A stretch of DNA of 64,000 nt from Candidatus Undinarchaeota archaeon (GCA_964519305.1 CAZFHY010000013.1:32001-96000); one strand, 5' to 3'. Positions 26,105-36,377 are shown, counted from the first letter of the stretch. Made by a program: numbers and translations. Notes: generated from the letters alone by a model not told the origin.

Positions 26105-28318
26105 ATGGCCCGGGCTGGTACGAGGTTCGCGGTGGTCGCGCTCCTTCTTCTCGTACTGGTCACGGCCGAGGACATCTCACTCACCGTTCGCCTGGTCACT
26201 AACAATCCGCTCGAGATCGGTTCTAGTGCCACTGTATCGCTTAGCATCCAGAACAGTGGCGAGTATGACACTGAGGTAGTGGTGGCCCTTGACGCTCCGC
26301 GCCTCGAGTCCTCTTCAATGAGCGGGCCCGAGCAGAATCTGGGGTATCTGGGCCCTGGGGCGAAAGGTCAGACTGACTGGCGTGTATCTGCCCTGGGCCC
26401 GGGCAATTACACCATCTGCGTGAACGTCACCGGATCAGCCAGCATCGAGATGGACTATCCGACCCTGCCCGTATGCCTGGACGTTAAAGCGATCACCAAG
26501 GTGGAAAGCAAGACAGATGCGATCAATAGCACAGTGCTCACGGCCAAGGGTGTCCCCAAGAAGGGCGGATTGGCCGAGGTCCGCCCACCACTGAACCTCA
26601 CCTTGGCAAAGGGCGCCATTACACGAGAGAACGGTAATATCCAGTTCAAGCTCTCCGTGGAGAACACGGGTACAAGGGGCGGGGTGGTGACCGTGAACGT
26701 AGAGGGGAAGGGCGCCATCGACGTGGACCCTGCCTCATTCAACCTCCCCCCTGATGCTTCAAGGAGCGTCAACATTCTGGTCCAGGGCACCGACCTCCTG
26801 GACATCACCGTGACTGTGAAGGACGACCTAGATCGGTTGTTGGTATCTGAAAGAGTGCTCGACCGCCCTGAAGAGACCACCAACTGGGCGCGAGCAGTCG
26901 TACCGCTCCTGTTGATCATCCCCATAATCCTCGTCATCATCATTAAGGGGCGGGCCATGGAACGGCTCCTTCCCTCGCTGTACGTCCAGCGCTTCGAGAG
27001 CGTCATCGATGTCCGGGAGCGCGAATCCGAGCTCATGGGCAAGCGCATCACCCTTGAGGGCAAGGTCATCCTGGACGAGAACTTCGAGTTCTTCCATACT
27101 GTTTACGTCTACGATGCTTCGGGCGACTACCTGGCCGCCACGACCGACATCCAGTTGGAAGAGGGCATCTACACCGTGACCGGTCGCCTCGGCCGTGCCG
27201 AACACACCCAAGGATACGTCCAGGAGGGCGAGCTCCTGCTCCAGGTGGAGTCCGCCCGCGGCGAGTGGCAGTCCGGTGCGTCGCTGTTCGCTATGCGCAA
27301 CCATATCCGTGCCGTGGCGGTGCTGGCCGTGCTCTACCTGCTCGTGTCCCGGCGCATCCGCGACATCACCTACATAGCTCCCTGGGGCAACCTCCAGTAC
27401 TTGGCTATCGCACCTTTCTCCCTGCCGCTCCTGCCCATCCTTTTCGCGCTCGTGCCACTGCTGTTGGCCCTGGTAATGGGCCCTGTGTTCTGTGGCTGGG
27501 TATGCCCCGTCGGCTTCTTCCACGAGGTCATCGGCACAAGGCTCTCAAAACCACGTAAGGCGCTCGCACGCCTCAACGACCGCAACATCAAGTATCTGGG
27601 ACTGCTCGTCGTAATCGTCGTCACACTCGGCTTCCGAACTCCGGCCCTGTGCAAGGTGTGCCCCTTCGGCGATGTACTGGCGCGGATCGAACTGGACACA
27701 GGTATCTCCGCTGACGCCTTTGCAGGGGGAGCGGTCGCTTGGCGTCTGGGCATCCTGGGGGCGCTGATCATCGCCATGATCCTCATCCAACCCATCTACT
27801 GGTGCAAGAACCTCTGCCCATACGGTGCGCTCCTATCGGTGATGGGCATCACAAAGTGGACCGAGGTCCATGTCCAGCGGCAGGCCTGTGTCGACTGTGG
27901 TCTGTGCGAGAACGTGTGCCCCTACGAGCTGGGCATCCTCACCGACACCCACATGAACGAGTGCACTTCCTGCGGCAAGTGCGTGTCCGTCTGCTTCAAG
28001 AACGCCCTGACGCTCAATTTCAATCCTGGTCTCATCCGACAGAACCTTGTGCCCGCGGTACTGGGTCTACTGGTCGTGGCCATCATCCTGATGTTCCCCT
28101 TCGTCAGCGAGCGGCTCCCTGTCAACATCGACTACACGAAGTGCATCAAATGCGGTGCATGCTGGGAGCAGCACCCCAAGTTCTTCGCTGAGGACGATCG
28201 TACAGGGTTCCCGGTCATCAGCGAGGCTTCGGCAGTGAAGGTCGCTGGGCTCACGCCAGAGGAGGCGGACCGCATAATAGCGGTCTGTCCCGTGGACGCA
28301 ATCTCCGTTGAGGATTGA
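26105..28318 (+). CDS. membrane polyferredoxin (NapH/Fer4_5-like) with N-terminal extracellular Ig-like domains
   Basis: FCGWVCPVG, CKVCP and WCKNLCPYG; two CxxCxxCxxxC motifs; C-terminal ferredoxin (CIKCGAC...CPVDAI); signal peptide. Confidence 0.75.
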   Translation: MARAGTRFAVVALLLLVLVTAEDISLTVRLVTNNPLEIGSSATVSLSIQNSGEYDTEVVVALDAPRLESSSMSGPEQNLGYLGPGAKGQTDWRVSALGPGNYTICVNVTGSASIEMDYPTLPVCLDVKAITKVESKTDAINSTVLTAKGVPKKGGLAEVRPPLNLTLAKGAITRENGNIQFKLSVENTGTRGGVVTVNVEGKGAIDVDPASFNLPPDASRSVNILVQGTDLLDITVTVKDDLDRLLVSERVLDRPEETTNWARAVVPLLLIIPIILVIIIKGRAMERLLPSLYVQRFESVIDVRERESELMGKRITLEGKVILDENFEFFHTVYVYDASGDYLAATTDIQLEEGIYTVTGRLGRAEHTQGYVQEGELLLQVESARGEWQSGASLFAMRNHIRAVAVLAVLYLLVSRRIRDITYIAPWGNLQYLAIAPFSLPLLPILFALVPLLLALVMGPVFCGWVCPVGFFHEVIGTRLSKPRKALARLNDRNIKYLGLLVVIVVTLGFRTPALCKVCPFGDVLARIELDTGISADAFAGGAVAWRLGILGALIIAMILIQPIYWCKNLCPYGALLSVMGITKWTEVHVQRQACVDCGLCENVCPYELGILTDTHMNECTSCGKCVSVCFKNALTLNFNPGLIRQNLVPAVLGLLVVAIILMFPFVSERLPVNIDYTKCIKCGACWEQHPKFFAEDDRTGFPVISEASAVKVAGLTPEEADRIIAVCPVDAISVED

Positions 28319-28326
28319 AGCGATCC

Positions 28327-28760
28327 CTACTCGATCACAGGATTCGCATCCTCGTCGAACGGGTTCGTCCGCATGGCGAGCGAGAACAGGTACGGGTGAT
28401 CGTCCTTGAGGTGCTTCATGTACGCCAGCCATTGACGGACGAGCAGGCCGTAGGCGCGTTGCAGGTCCTTGGCCAGATGCTCGCGGTCAGTGTCAGGGAG
28501 CACGTCGAGGTACGGACGGACGGATAGTTCTTCGGTCAGGTGGAACACGGCCTGCAGGAGCTCGGTGAACGACTCGTGCTCCAGAAGGTTGGGATTGGCC
28601 AGCAGGCGCACCAGGAACTTACGCTTCTCTATGAGGAACCGTCGAAGGTCCTCGAGCTCCACACGGTCGGTCTCGATATCGTAGCCATGGTCGTCCAGCC
28701 CTTTCCTGACACGGTCGAAGTGCTCGTCGTCCCATTCACTGTTGACGAGGAGGCGCTGTC
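28327..28760 (-). pseudogene. 5'-truncated conserved hypothetical gene (NPNLLEHESFT family)
   Basis: The frame continues upstream of GTG 28662 as QRLLVNSEWDDEHFDRVRK.. to about 28760, then reaches TAG at 28786-28788 with no start codon. It lies next to the low-GC segment. Confidence 0.6.
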
Positions 28761-28799
28761 CGGGAAAATGGCCATATTGTGTATCCTAAAGGGTGCCGA

Positions 28800-30830
28800 C
28801 GGTGGGTTGTAGTACTTGATCTCACGATCAAGGAGAGAGCTCTATCAGGCGAGATGGGCGAAAAAAGATGAGTTCAAGGATAAAAAATCAATGTAAAATG
28901 TTCAATTTTTTAGCAGATTAGCTATTATAACCTCCTTTTACAATATCCACCATATACCTCATAACTTACGCTTTCTCCACGATGATAGAATGATATTTCG
29001 TAACTCCTCCCTGTTTTGTGCATTTAACCATTTTTTATCAAAATCTTCTTTTTCAACACTCGCAATTATCCACATAAGTGAGTGATACCAGAACCTCTCC
29101 TCGTCAGGTGTATGAACGATAATAAATGCTCCATGGATTGGTGTAGATTTGTATGAAAAAGTAATACCTTCCCTATCCCTAACTAATATAACTTCAAATT
29201 TGCTATGTCCCTGAATAGTGAGGGGAAGACATACCACACGGGAATGGATTATTGCCTGCGGCTTTTGCTCTCGTTCTATTAAAAGCTTGAATAACTCCTC
29301 TCGGCTTGTCTTTAATCGTTCTGCCAATGAATTTGTAACTATTTTAGTGAACTCGTCTGGCGAGAGAGAGGTTTTGAGATCAATAACGGGGCATTTTTTT
29401 ATTAAACGCTCAAACCGCTCCTCACAAATATTGTCTCTTTCTATTAGGATCTCCCTTAGCTCTTCCTCTATTAGGTAACTCGTTGAAGTGATCCCAGTAA
29501 CCCTTTCGACCACATGTAAGAGCGCATATTCTCGTTCTATCTTACCGCTTGCATAGACCCAATACCAGCCCAATCCACAAACGATTAATATACCAACCAA
29601 GAGAAGCGGAACAACGCCCATTTGAAAAATAAGAAATCCGTATCCAATAATTCCTGCTATCTGAACCCATGGATAAAAAGGAGATTGAAAACTTGGCTGA
29701 TAATTTTCGATTTTACTTTCTCGCATAACAATGACCGAGAGAGTTACCATCAGAAACAAGAGGATCTTCATGGTTGAGGCCGTCTTGACGAGACTTTCTA
29801 TGTCCAAGAACAAAATAACGCAGATCATGAAAGCAGAGGTGAAAAGTATAGAAAAAACCGGAGTTCCGCGTTCAGACACACTTCCAAAAAAACTCGGTAA
29901 GAGTTCGTCTTTACCCATTGCCATTGGGATCCTAGAAGCAGATAATATCCCCGCATTAGCTGTCGTTATAAGTGCTATAAGTGCAGCTACAGCCATCATT
30001 ATACTTCCACCCCACCCCATGAAAGTGCTGGCACCGAGAGAAATTGGTGTGAGAGAACCTTGCAGTTGAGTAGAATCCACCACGCCTACTGTTACAGAAA
30101 TTACGAGAATGTAAAGGAGAGATATGAAAACCCAAGCAAAAAACATTCCACGAGGAATATTTCGTCTCGGATTTTTCACCTCCTCTGCAACACTAGCAAT
30201 TTTTGTTAGACCCCCAAAGGAAACAAAAACAAGACCCACCGTTGCGAAAAAAGAACCAAAATCCCTGGGTGCAAGAGGGGCAAATCTGGAAAATTGGATC
30301 GAGAAAGAACCCACGACAGTATACAAAACAAGCAGACAGAGGAGGGCTCCAACCAAGGCTATCTGAGTCTTTCCTGCATGTTTAACACCAACGAGATTAA
30401 TAATGGTAAGAATTACACAAAATGCAACGGCAATAAGTTTCATTTGCATCTCTGTAAAACCCGGATTAAGCAATAAAGCAAACACACCGATTCCTATCAA
30501 GGCAAAAGCACTTTTTAGGGCCAAAGAAAACCACGCTGCAAATCCACCAATTGTTCCCATCCTAGGCCCCATACATCGATCTATGAAAAAATAAGTTCCA
30601 CCTGCTTTTGGCATGGCTGTGGCGAGTTCGATCTTCGAAAGCATGGCAGGAATAACAAAAATACTGGCAAGGAAATACGCAAGAATTACAGAAGGACCTG
30701 TTTTTGCATATGCCAATCCAGGCAAAATAAATAATCCTGAACTGATCATTGCTCCTGACGCTATGCAAAAAAGGTTGAGAAGCCCAAGTTCTTTTTTTAA
30801 CTTATAAGACATTGTTCTACTGCTCCATTA
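28800..30830. mobile_element. low-GC horizontally acquired segment (no mobility gene)
   Basis: Abrupt shift from about 60% GC to roughly 35-40% GC (estimated by eye), with A/T-ending codons. Confidence 0.6.
28959..30812 (-). CDS. APC-family amino acid permease with C-terminal PTS EIIA-like domain
   Basis: GAMISSGLFILPG, ELATAMPKAGG.Y, AEEVKNP and about 12 TM; C-terminal LIERE...ILVRDREGI segment. Confidence 0.85.
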   Translation of the reverse strand: MSYKLKKELGLLNLFCIASGAMISSGLFILPGLAYAKTGPSVILAYFLASIFVIPAMLSKIELATAMPKAGGTYFFIDRCMGPRMGTIGGFAAWFSLALKSAFALIGIGVFALLLNPGFTEMQMKLIAVAFCVILTIINLVGVKHAGKTQIALVGALLCLLVLYTVVGSFSIQFSRFAPLAPRDFGSFFATVGLVFVSFGGLTKIASVAEEVKNPRRNIPRGMFFAWVFISLLYILVISVTVGVVDSTQLQGSLTPISLGASTFMGWGGSIMMAVAALIALITTANAGILSASRIPMAMGKDELLPSFFGSVSERGTPVFSILFTSAFMICVILFLDIESLVKTASTMKILLFLMVTLSVIVMRESKIENYQPSFQSPFYPWVQIAGIIGYGFLIFQMGVVPLLLVGILIVCGLGWYWVYASGKIEREYALLHVVERVTGITSTSYLIEEELREILIERDNICEERFERLIKKCPVIDLKTSLSPDEFTKIVTNSLAERLKTSREELFKLLIEREQKPQAIIHSRVVCLPLTIQGHSKFEVILVRDREGITFSYKSTPIHGAFIIVHTPDEERFWYHSLMWIIASVEKEDFDKKWLNAQNREELRNIILSSWRKRKL

Positions 30831-30884
30831 CAGGCGGCCGAGAAAAGGCTATATATTTCTTTGCCTCCTGCGCCCCCAAGGGGT

Positions 30885-32201
30885 ATGCGCGTGGTCAGCG
30901 AGGAGAGCCTGCTCATTAAGAACGGCACCATCGTCACCATGGGAGAGCAGAACCGGGTCCTGAATGGCTCGGTGCTCATGAAGGGCGGCCGGATCGCCGA
31001 GGTCGGGAACACGAGAAGCTCTGCCGACACGGTCATCGATGCTGCGGGGAAGCTGGTCATCCCGGGAATCCCCTGCGGTCATTCCCATATGTACGGAGTG
31101 TTCTCGCGGGGCATGGCGCTCAAGTCAGAGCCCGCGACGGACTTCAAGGAGATCTTGGAGCGTTTGTGGTGGATGCTCGACAAGGGGCTCACGCTCAAGG
31201 ACGTACGGCTCTCGGCCGAGGTGTGCCTGTGTGAGGCCATCCGCTGTGGGACCACTTCTTTCGCCGAGCACCATGCGTCGCCCAACGCGGTCACAGGTAG
31301 CCTGCAGACGATCGCCGACGCAACAGAGCGGGCCGGATTGCGTGGATTGCTGTGCTACGAGACCTCGGACCGCGACGGCGAGGACATCGCACGACAGGGC
31401 ATAGAGGAGAACCGCGCCTTCGCTGCCAGCTATCGTGACCATCCTCGGATCCGTGGCAACTTCGGGCTCCATGCATCGCTCACGCTCTCTGACGAGACCC
31501 TGGCGCGGTGCGTCGAGGCCGAAGGCCCGCTGGGTTGCGGGTTCCACGTCCACGTGGCCGAAGGCCAGTGCGATGTGGACGATGCAAAGGAAAAGTACGG
31601 TATGGGCGTTGTGGAACGGCTCCATGACCGGGGCATCTCCGGTCCGCGCTCGATCTTTGTCCATTGCGTCCACGCCTCTGATGCGGAGAAGGACCTGTTG
31701 GCCAGTTCCAAGACCCATGTGGCCCACAATCCCGAGTCGAACATGAACAACGCCGTAGGCGTTGCCGACGTTCAGGGGATGCTGGACCGGGGCGTCAACG
31801 TCGGCCTGGGGACCGATGGTTTCACGTTCAATATGTTCCGGGAAGCGAAGAGCGCCTACGTCGTGCACAAGCTCGCCACACGGGACCCGCGATCCATGGG
31901 CGCGGACACGGTGATGGACCTGATGTTCCGTCGCAATTCCGCGATACTGGACATGCCCGTGGGAGAGCTGGCTCCTGGCAAGTGCGCCGATGCGGTCATC
32001 CTCGATTACGATCCGCCCACACTGCTCAACGGCGGTAACTTCCCCTGGCACTTCATGTTCGGTCTGGAGGATTACCAAGTTCGCACCGTCATCGCTGACG
32101 GGAAGATAGTGATGGAGGACCGGGTCATCAAGACACTGGACGAGTCGCGCATCATGGCTGAGGCGCGCGAGGCATCGGCGGCCTTGTGGGACCGCCTCTG
32201 A
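30885..32201 (+). CDS. ssnA: SsnA-like metal-dependent aminohydrolase
   Basis: CGHSHMY, LERLWW.LD, HHASP, CYETSDRDG, GLHAS.TLSD, HVAEG and HNPESNMNNAVG. Confidence 0.8.
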   Translation: MRVVSEESLLIKNGTIVTMGEQNRVLNGSVLMKGGRIAEVGNTRSSADTVIDAAGKLVIPGIPCGHSHMYGVFSRGMALKSEPATDFKEILERLWWMLDKGLTLKDVRLSAEVCLCEAIRCGTTSFAEHHASPNAVTGSLQTIADATERAGLRGLLCYETSDRDGEDIARQGIEENRAFAASYRDHPRIRGNFGLHASLTLSDETLARCVEAEGPLGCGFHVHVAEGQCDVDDAKEKYGMGVVERLHDRGISGPRSIFVHCVHASDAEKDLLASSKTHVAHNPESNMNNAVGVADVQGMLDRGVNVGLGTDGFTFNMFREAKSAYVVHKLATRDPRSMGADTVMDLMFRRNSAILDMPVGELAPGKCADAVILDYDPPTLLNGGNFPWHFMFGLEDYQVRTVIADGKIVMEDRVIKTLDESRIMAEAREASAALWDRL

Positions 32202-32244
32202 TACGACATACTCATCGATCATAAGAAATGGAGGAGAGAAGGAC

Positions 32245-33342
32245 ATGGCTGATATCTCGATGGACATACTCGGTATGAAGATGAAGAACCCGGTGATGCC
32301 CGCTGCGGGTCCGCCCTGCCTTGACGGTGACGCCATGGTGGCGGTCGCCGAGGGAGGTGCTGGTGCCATCGTGGCCAAGACCGTGAGCAGGCAGCCTGCG
32401 AAGGTGCCCCGACCCTGCATGTACCGGATCCGGAACAGTATGCTCAACACCGAGCTCTGGTCCGACCTGCCGGTCGAGCAGTGGATCAAGACCGAGTACA
32501 AGAAGGCACTGGCCACCGGGCTCCCCCTCATCGCAAGCCTCGGGTACAACGCCGAGGACATCGGTGAACTGGCGCCCAAGCTGGAGAAGGCCGGCGTCCA
32601 CGCGCTCGAACTCTCCACACATTACCTAGGCACCGATCCCAAGCCCATGGTCGATGCTATCAAGGCGGCCAAGGAGGGAACGTCCATCCCTGTACTGCCA
32701 AAGCTCTCCCCCAACATCCTCGATATCATGGAGTTCGCCCGTGCCGCGGTGAAGGCCGGTGCCGACGGTATCGTCGCCATCAACTCGCTGGGTCCGTGCC
32801 TGACGATCGACCTTGATACGGGTATGCCCGTCCTGGGCGGCGACAGCGGGTACGGCTGGGTGTCAGGCGACGCCATCAAACCAGTGGCCTTGCGGTGCGT
32901 ATACGACATCGCCCGGGCAGTGGACGTCCCCGTCATCGGGGTGGGCGGCATCCGCACCGGACGCGATGCGGCCGAGTTCATCATGGCCGGCGCCGCAGGC
33001 GTCGGAGTGTGCACGGCCGCCATCCTCGAGGGACCATCTGTCTTCGGCCGGATCGCCCGCGAGCTCGAGGTGTTCATGGCCGCCCATGATTACAGGACAA
33101 TCGAAGACATGCGCGGCGTGGCCATCCGAAACGCCAAGGGACGCAAGGGCAAGAGCACGCCCTCCTTCCCCAAGGTCGATGCTGACCTTTGCACGGGATG
33201 CGGTTCCTGCGTCAAGCATTGTATCTACGACGCACTCACGCTCAAGGATGATGTTGCACAGGTGGACAGGGAAAAGTGCTATGGCTGCGGGCTATGCACC
33301 TCCTACTGCGCTGTGAGGGCGATCAAGATCAAGTACTGGTGA
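32245..33342 (+). CDS. dihydropyrimidine/dihydroorotate dehydrogenase-like flavoprotein with C-terminal 2[4Fe-4S] (PreA-like)
   Basis: KNPVMPAAGP, KTV, PKLSPN, AINS, SG..IKP and IGVGGI; two CxxCxxCxxxC motifs. Confidence 0.82.
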   Translation: MADISMDILGMKMKNPVMPAAGPPCLDGDAMVAVAEGGAGAIVAKTVSRQPAKVPRPCMYRIRNSMLNTELWSDLPVEQWIKTEYKKALATGLPLIASLGYNAEDIGELAPKLEKAGVHALELSTHYLGTDPKPMVDAIKAAKEGTSIPVLPKLSPNILDIMEFARAAVKAGADGIVAINSLGPCLTIDLDTGMPVLGGDSGYGWVSGDAIKPVALRCVYDIARAVDVPVIGVGGIRTGRDAAEFIMAGAAGVGVCTAAILEGPSVFGRIARELEVFMAAHDYRTIEDMRGVAIRNAKGRKGKSTPSFPKVDADLCTGCGSCVKHCIYDALTLKDDVAQVDREKCYGCGLCTSYCAVRAIKIKYW

Positions 33343-33347
33343 TTATC

Positions 33348-34592
33348 ATGGCTGACCTCGTTGTACGCAACGCCCTTCTCAGGGGCGCGGACAAGACAGT
33401 GGACATCGTCATAGAGCAAGGTCGCATCGCCGCCCTGGAGCCCAAGTTCGGGGGCAAGGCATCGACCGAGGTAGACGCGGAGGGCGGGCTGGTTCTCCCG
33501 AGTTTCACTGATCCCCATATCCACCTGGACAAGGTGCTCATCTCCGAGGTCGTACGGGACAACGTGTCCGGTAACCTGGAGGAGGCCATCGCGATCATCT
33601 GGGAGAAGAAGAAGCGCTACACTCTCGACGACATCTTGGAGCGGGCCAGCAGGACCGTCCAATGGGCGGTCTTGAACGGGACCACCCGTCTCTGCAGTCA
33701 TGTGGACGTGGACACCATCGGCGGTCTCATGCCCCTGAAGGGTGTGCTCGCGGCCCGTGAGAAGTGCAAGGACATAGCCGATATCCGGATCGTGGCGTTC
33801 CCCCAGGAGGGGATCGTCCAGGACGAGGGGTGCGAGGAGCTTATGTGGAAGGCCATGGAGATGGGCGCGGACATCGTCGGAGGGATGCCCTTCAACGAGA
33901 TGACGTCCGACGATTCCAAGAAGCACCTGGACATCTGCTTCGAGATCGCCAAGGAGCATGATGCTCCCCTGGACATGCACGTTGACGAGACGGACAATCC
34001 GAACGCCCGGACCCTGGAGGAGTACGCTACGCGAGCCATCAGGAACGGGTTCGTCGGTCGTGTGACGGCCGGCCATACCTGTGCTCTGTCCTCGTACGAT
34101 GACCACCACGCCGCCAAGGTCATAGGACTTGTGAAGCGAGCGGAAATGAACATGATAACCAATCCTGCCACGAACCTCATGCTGCAAGGTAGACTGGACA
34201 CAGGCAACATCCGCCGCGGGCTCACCCGTGTCAAGGAACTGCTGGCAGCTGGTGTGAACGTGGCCTACGGCCAGGACTGCGTCAAGGACACATTCTATCC
34301 GACCTTCGGTCAGTGCGATCTCCTAGAAGTGGGGCTCCTGTGCGCCCATGCGGTCCAACTGTCCATGCCGAAAGAGATCGAAACGCTCATGGACATGCCC
34401 ACGGTGAACGCGTCACGGATGTTCGAGGTGGCGGACTACGGAATCGCTGCCGGTAACACGGCCGATATCGTGGTGCTCGCCGAGAAGACCCCGCAAGAAG
34501 CATTCCGCACACACATGCCCCGACCTGCGGTCATCAAAGGTGGTCGCATCATTGCCCGATCATCGATCAATCGGGAGCTGGTACGCGGCTGA
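33348..34592 (+). CDS. codA: cytosine/creatinine deaminase-like amidohydrolase
   Basis: DPHIHLDK, VAFPQEG, MHVDETD, TAGH, RRGLTRVKEL and GQD. Confidence 0.8.
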   Translation: MADLVVRNALLRGADKTVDIVIEQGRIAALEPKFGGKASTEVDAEGGLVLPSFTDPHIHLDKVLISEVVRDNVSGNLEEAIAIIWEKKKRYTLDDILERASRTVQWAVLNGTTRLCSHVDVDTIGGLMPLKGVLAAREKCKDIADIRIVAFPQEGIVQDEGCEELMWKAMEMGADIVGGMPFNEMTSDDSKKHLDICFEIAKEHDAPLDMHVDETDNPNARTLEEYATRAIRNGFVGRVTAGHTCALSSYDDHHAAKVIGLVKRAEMNMITNPATNLMLQGRLDTGNIRRGLTRVKELLAAGVNVAYGQDCVKDTFYPTFGQCDLLEVGLLCAHAVQLSMPKEIETLMDMPTVNASRMFEVADYGIAAGNTADIVVLAEKTPQEAFRTHMPRPAVIKGGRIIARSSINRELVRG

Positions 34593-34597
34593 GGACC

Positions 34598-34939
34598 ATG
34601 GGTGCCGAGGACGAGCGCCTGTCGCAGGCCCAGGGAGTAATCCGCGCGTACATGCAACGAGCTCAGGTCACGATCGACAGTCTGAAGAAGGAGAACACCT
34701 CGCTCAAGCAGGAGGTGCGTCGGCTGAAGACCGACATCGACAGGATGGTCTCCGAACTGAAGAGGGACCTAACGGGCGAGCTGAGCGAGCTGCGGGGCGT
34801 GGAGCAGAACGTGGGCGGGTTCATGTCGAACTACAACCAGCAGCTGGACATGCTACGACGAGAACTGGCCGAACTGGAAGGGCGCATCGGTGCCCTCGAA
34901 CAGTTCCGCCACGACCAGGAGAATAAAGGAATCTTCTAA
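34598..34939 (+). CDS. hypothetical coiled-coil protein
   Basis: Heptad-rich sequence, operonic spacing, host-like codon usage. Confidence 0.65.
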   Translation: MGAEDERLSQAQGVIRAYMQRAQVTIDSLKKENTSLKQEVRRLKTDIDRMVSELKRDLTGELSELRGVEQNVGGFMSNYNQQLDMLRRELAELEGRIGALEQFRHDQENKGIF

Positions 34940-34945
34940 CGGACG

Positions 34946-35377
34946 GTGACGATGATGGAGTGTACTGCATGCGATATGATGGTGACCGATGTGATCACCC
35001 TTGATGAGGTTATGCTGCTGGATGAGGCCATTTCCAAGATGACCCACCACCGGGTGCACGCCGCTCCCGTTGTCCATGAGGGCAGTGTAGTCGGGATTCT
35101 CTCCGAACGCGACATCATCGCTCTGCTCGACGGGGCGCCCTACGCGCGTTTCTTCAAGTCCCACCACACCCTGCGCGAAGAGGCGGAACGTGTGGGTTCC
35201 ATGGAGGTCAAAGACGCCATGGATCCGGACTTCGAGTGGCTGGAACCGGACGATACCGTATATGACGCGGCTCGGCTGCTCCACGAGACCGGTCAGCGCA
35301 TCCTGCCCGTCATCCGCAACGGGCAGCTAGAAGGCATCATCACCCGCTCCACTATCCTGGAGCACTTGGTAAGCTAG
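34946..35377 (+). CDS. CBS-pair protein
   Basis: APVV...VVGILSERD and LPVI...LEGIITR. Confidence 0.85.
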   Translation: MTMMECTACDMMVTDVITLDEVMLLDEAISKMTHHRVHAAPVVHEGSVVGILSERDIIALLDGAPYARFFKSHHTLREEAERVGSMEVKDAMDPDFEWLEPDDTVYDAARLLHETGQRILPVIRNGQLEGIITRSTILEHLVS

Positions 35378-35383
35378 GAGGTC

Positions 35384-35854
35384 ATGACCATGTTCCAGAC
35401 AACCGTCGAGAGCGTAATGGAGGAACGGTTCCCTGCCGTGTCCCCGAACGAGACCATCGAGGATGCGGTCCATACCCTACACGAGACAGGGATCGGCGAG
35501 ATGCCCGTGGAGGAGGACAACATAATCCGCGGGATGTTGCGTGAAAAGGACCTGTTGCGCTTGGGGGAGCTGGACCTCAATCCATCGGACCCGTTCTTCC
35601 TCTTCACGGTGCTGTTATCCACCCCTGCGGACGAGATCCAGCGCCACGTAGAGATCCTCAATAAAGGACATGTGCGTGATGTCATGCGAAAGACGTTCGA
35701 CCGTCTCGCGCCCGACGACGTTGTGAAGAAAGCGATCCATCTCCTGGCTACCGGCGACGAGGTACTTCCCGTCGTTGATGACGATGATCATCTGCTCGGC
35801 ATAGTCACGCGGGACTCCGTGCTCCGGCACGTGGTCCGACATGAACCCGTGTGA
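35384..35854 (+). CDS. CBS-pair protein
   Basis: MPV.....GMLREKD and LPVVDDD..LLGIVTR; GGAGG RBS upstream. Confidence 0.85.
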   Translation: MTMFQTTVESVMEERFPAVSPNETIEDAVHTLHETGIGEMPVEEDNIIRGMLREKDLLRLGELDLNPSDPFFLFTVLLSTPADEIQRHVEILNKGHVRDVMRKTFDRLAPDDVVKKAIHLLATGDEVLPVVDDDDHLLGIVTRDSVLRHVVRHEPV

Positions 35855-35855
35855 G

Positions 35856-36377
35856 CTAGCGCTCCGCCTCCAGTCGTTCGCCGCCCGTGCAGTAGGAAGA
35901 TCCCCCAAGATGCTGGAGCAGGCTCAACCTGTCCAAACCTGGATCGGCGTGCATGGCGACTACCTCGGCCACGAAGATCGTGTGGTCTCCCGCAGGGTGG
36001 GCCGCCGTCACTCTACACTCCACAGCAGCAGGACAGCTATCCAGAATGAGTGTGTCGACCTCATCACCCGTTCGTCCGGTGAGCCCGAGACTTGCGAGCT
36101 TGTCACCTGAGCGACCGCTTGTACAACCTGCTGTGTGGACCTCCGTCAGGAGGTCCTTTCCGGGCACGTTGAGGATGAACTCACCCTCACGCTCGACGAG
36201 CGAATGGGTGTGACGCTCAGGAGCGATGCTCACCGCTAGGAGCGGAGGTCGTACTGACACAGGCATAACCCATGCTGCGGGCATGGTGTCATGACGTTCA
36301 TTCTCCCGGTCCCGGGCGGTGACGAGCACCACGGGAGGTGCCGGAAGCAGGGTGCGATAAGCGGTGACGGAGGGCAT
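35856..36377 (-). CDS. flavin reductase (flavoredoxin) family protein
   Basis: PVVLVT, MPAAW..PVS..PP, SGR..DK and GDHTIFVAEV. Confidence 0.85.
   Translation of the reverse strand: MPSVTAYRTLLPAPPVVLVTARDRENERHDTMPAAWVMPVSVRPPLLAVSIAPERHTHSLVEREGEFILNVPGKDLLTEVHTAGCTSGRSGDKLASLGLTGRTGDEVDTLILDSCPAAVECRVTAAHPAGDHTIFVAEVVAMHADPGLDRLSLLQHLGGSSYCTGGERLEAER

Noticed and set aside
31125-32618. Long antisense ORFs (also 20601-21569, 42893-43795, 49471-50358, 54056-54877)
   Set aside because: They are shadows of strongly codon-biased genes in GC-rich DNA and carry no recognisable motifs.
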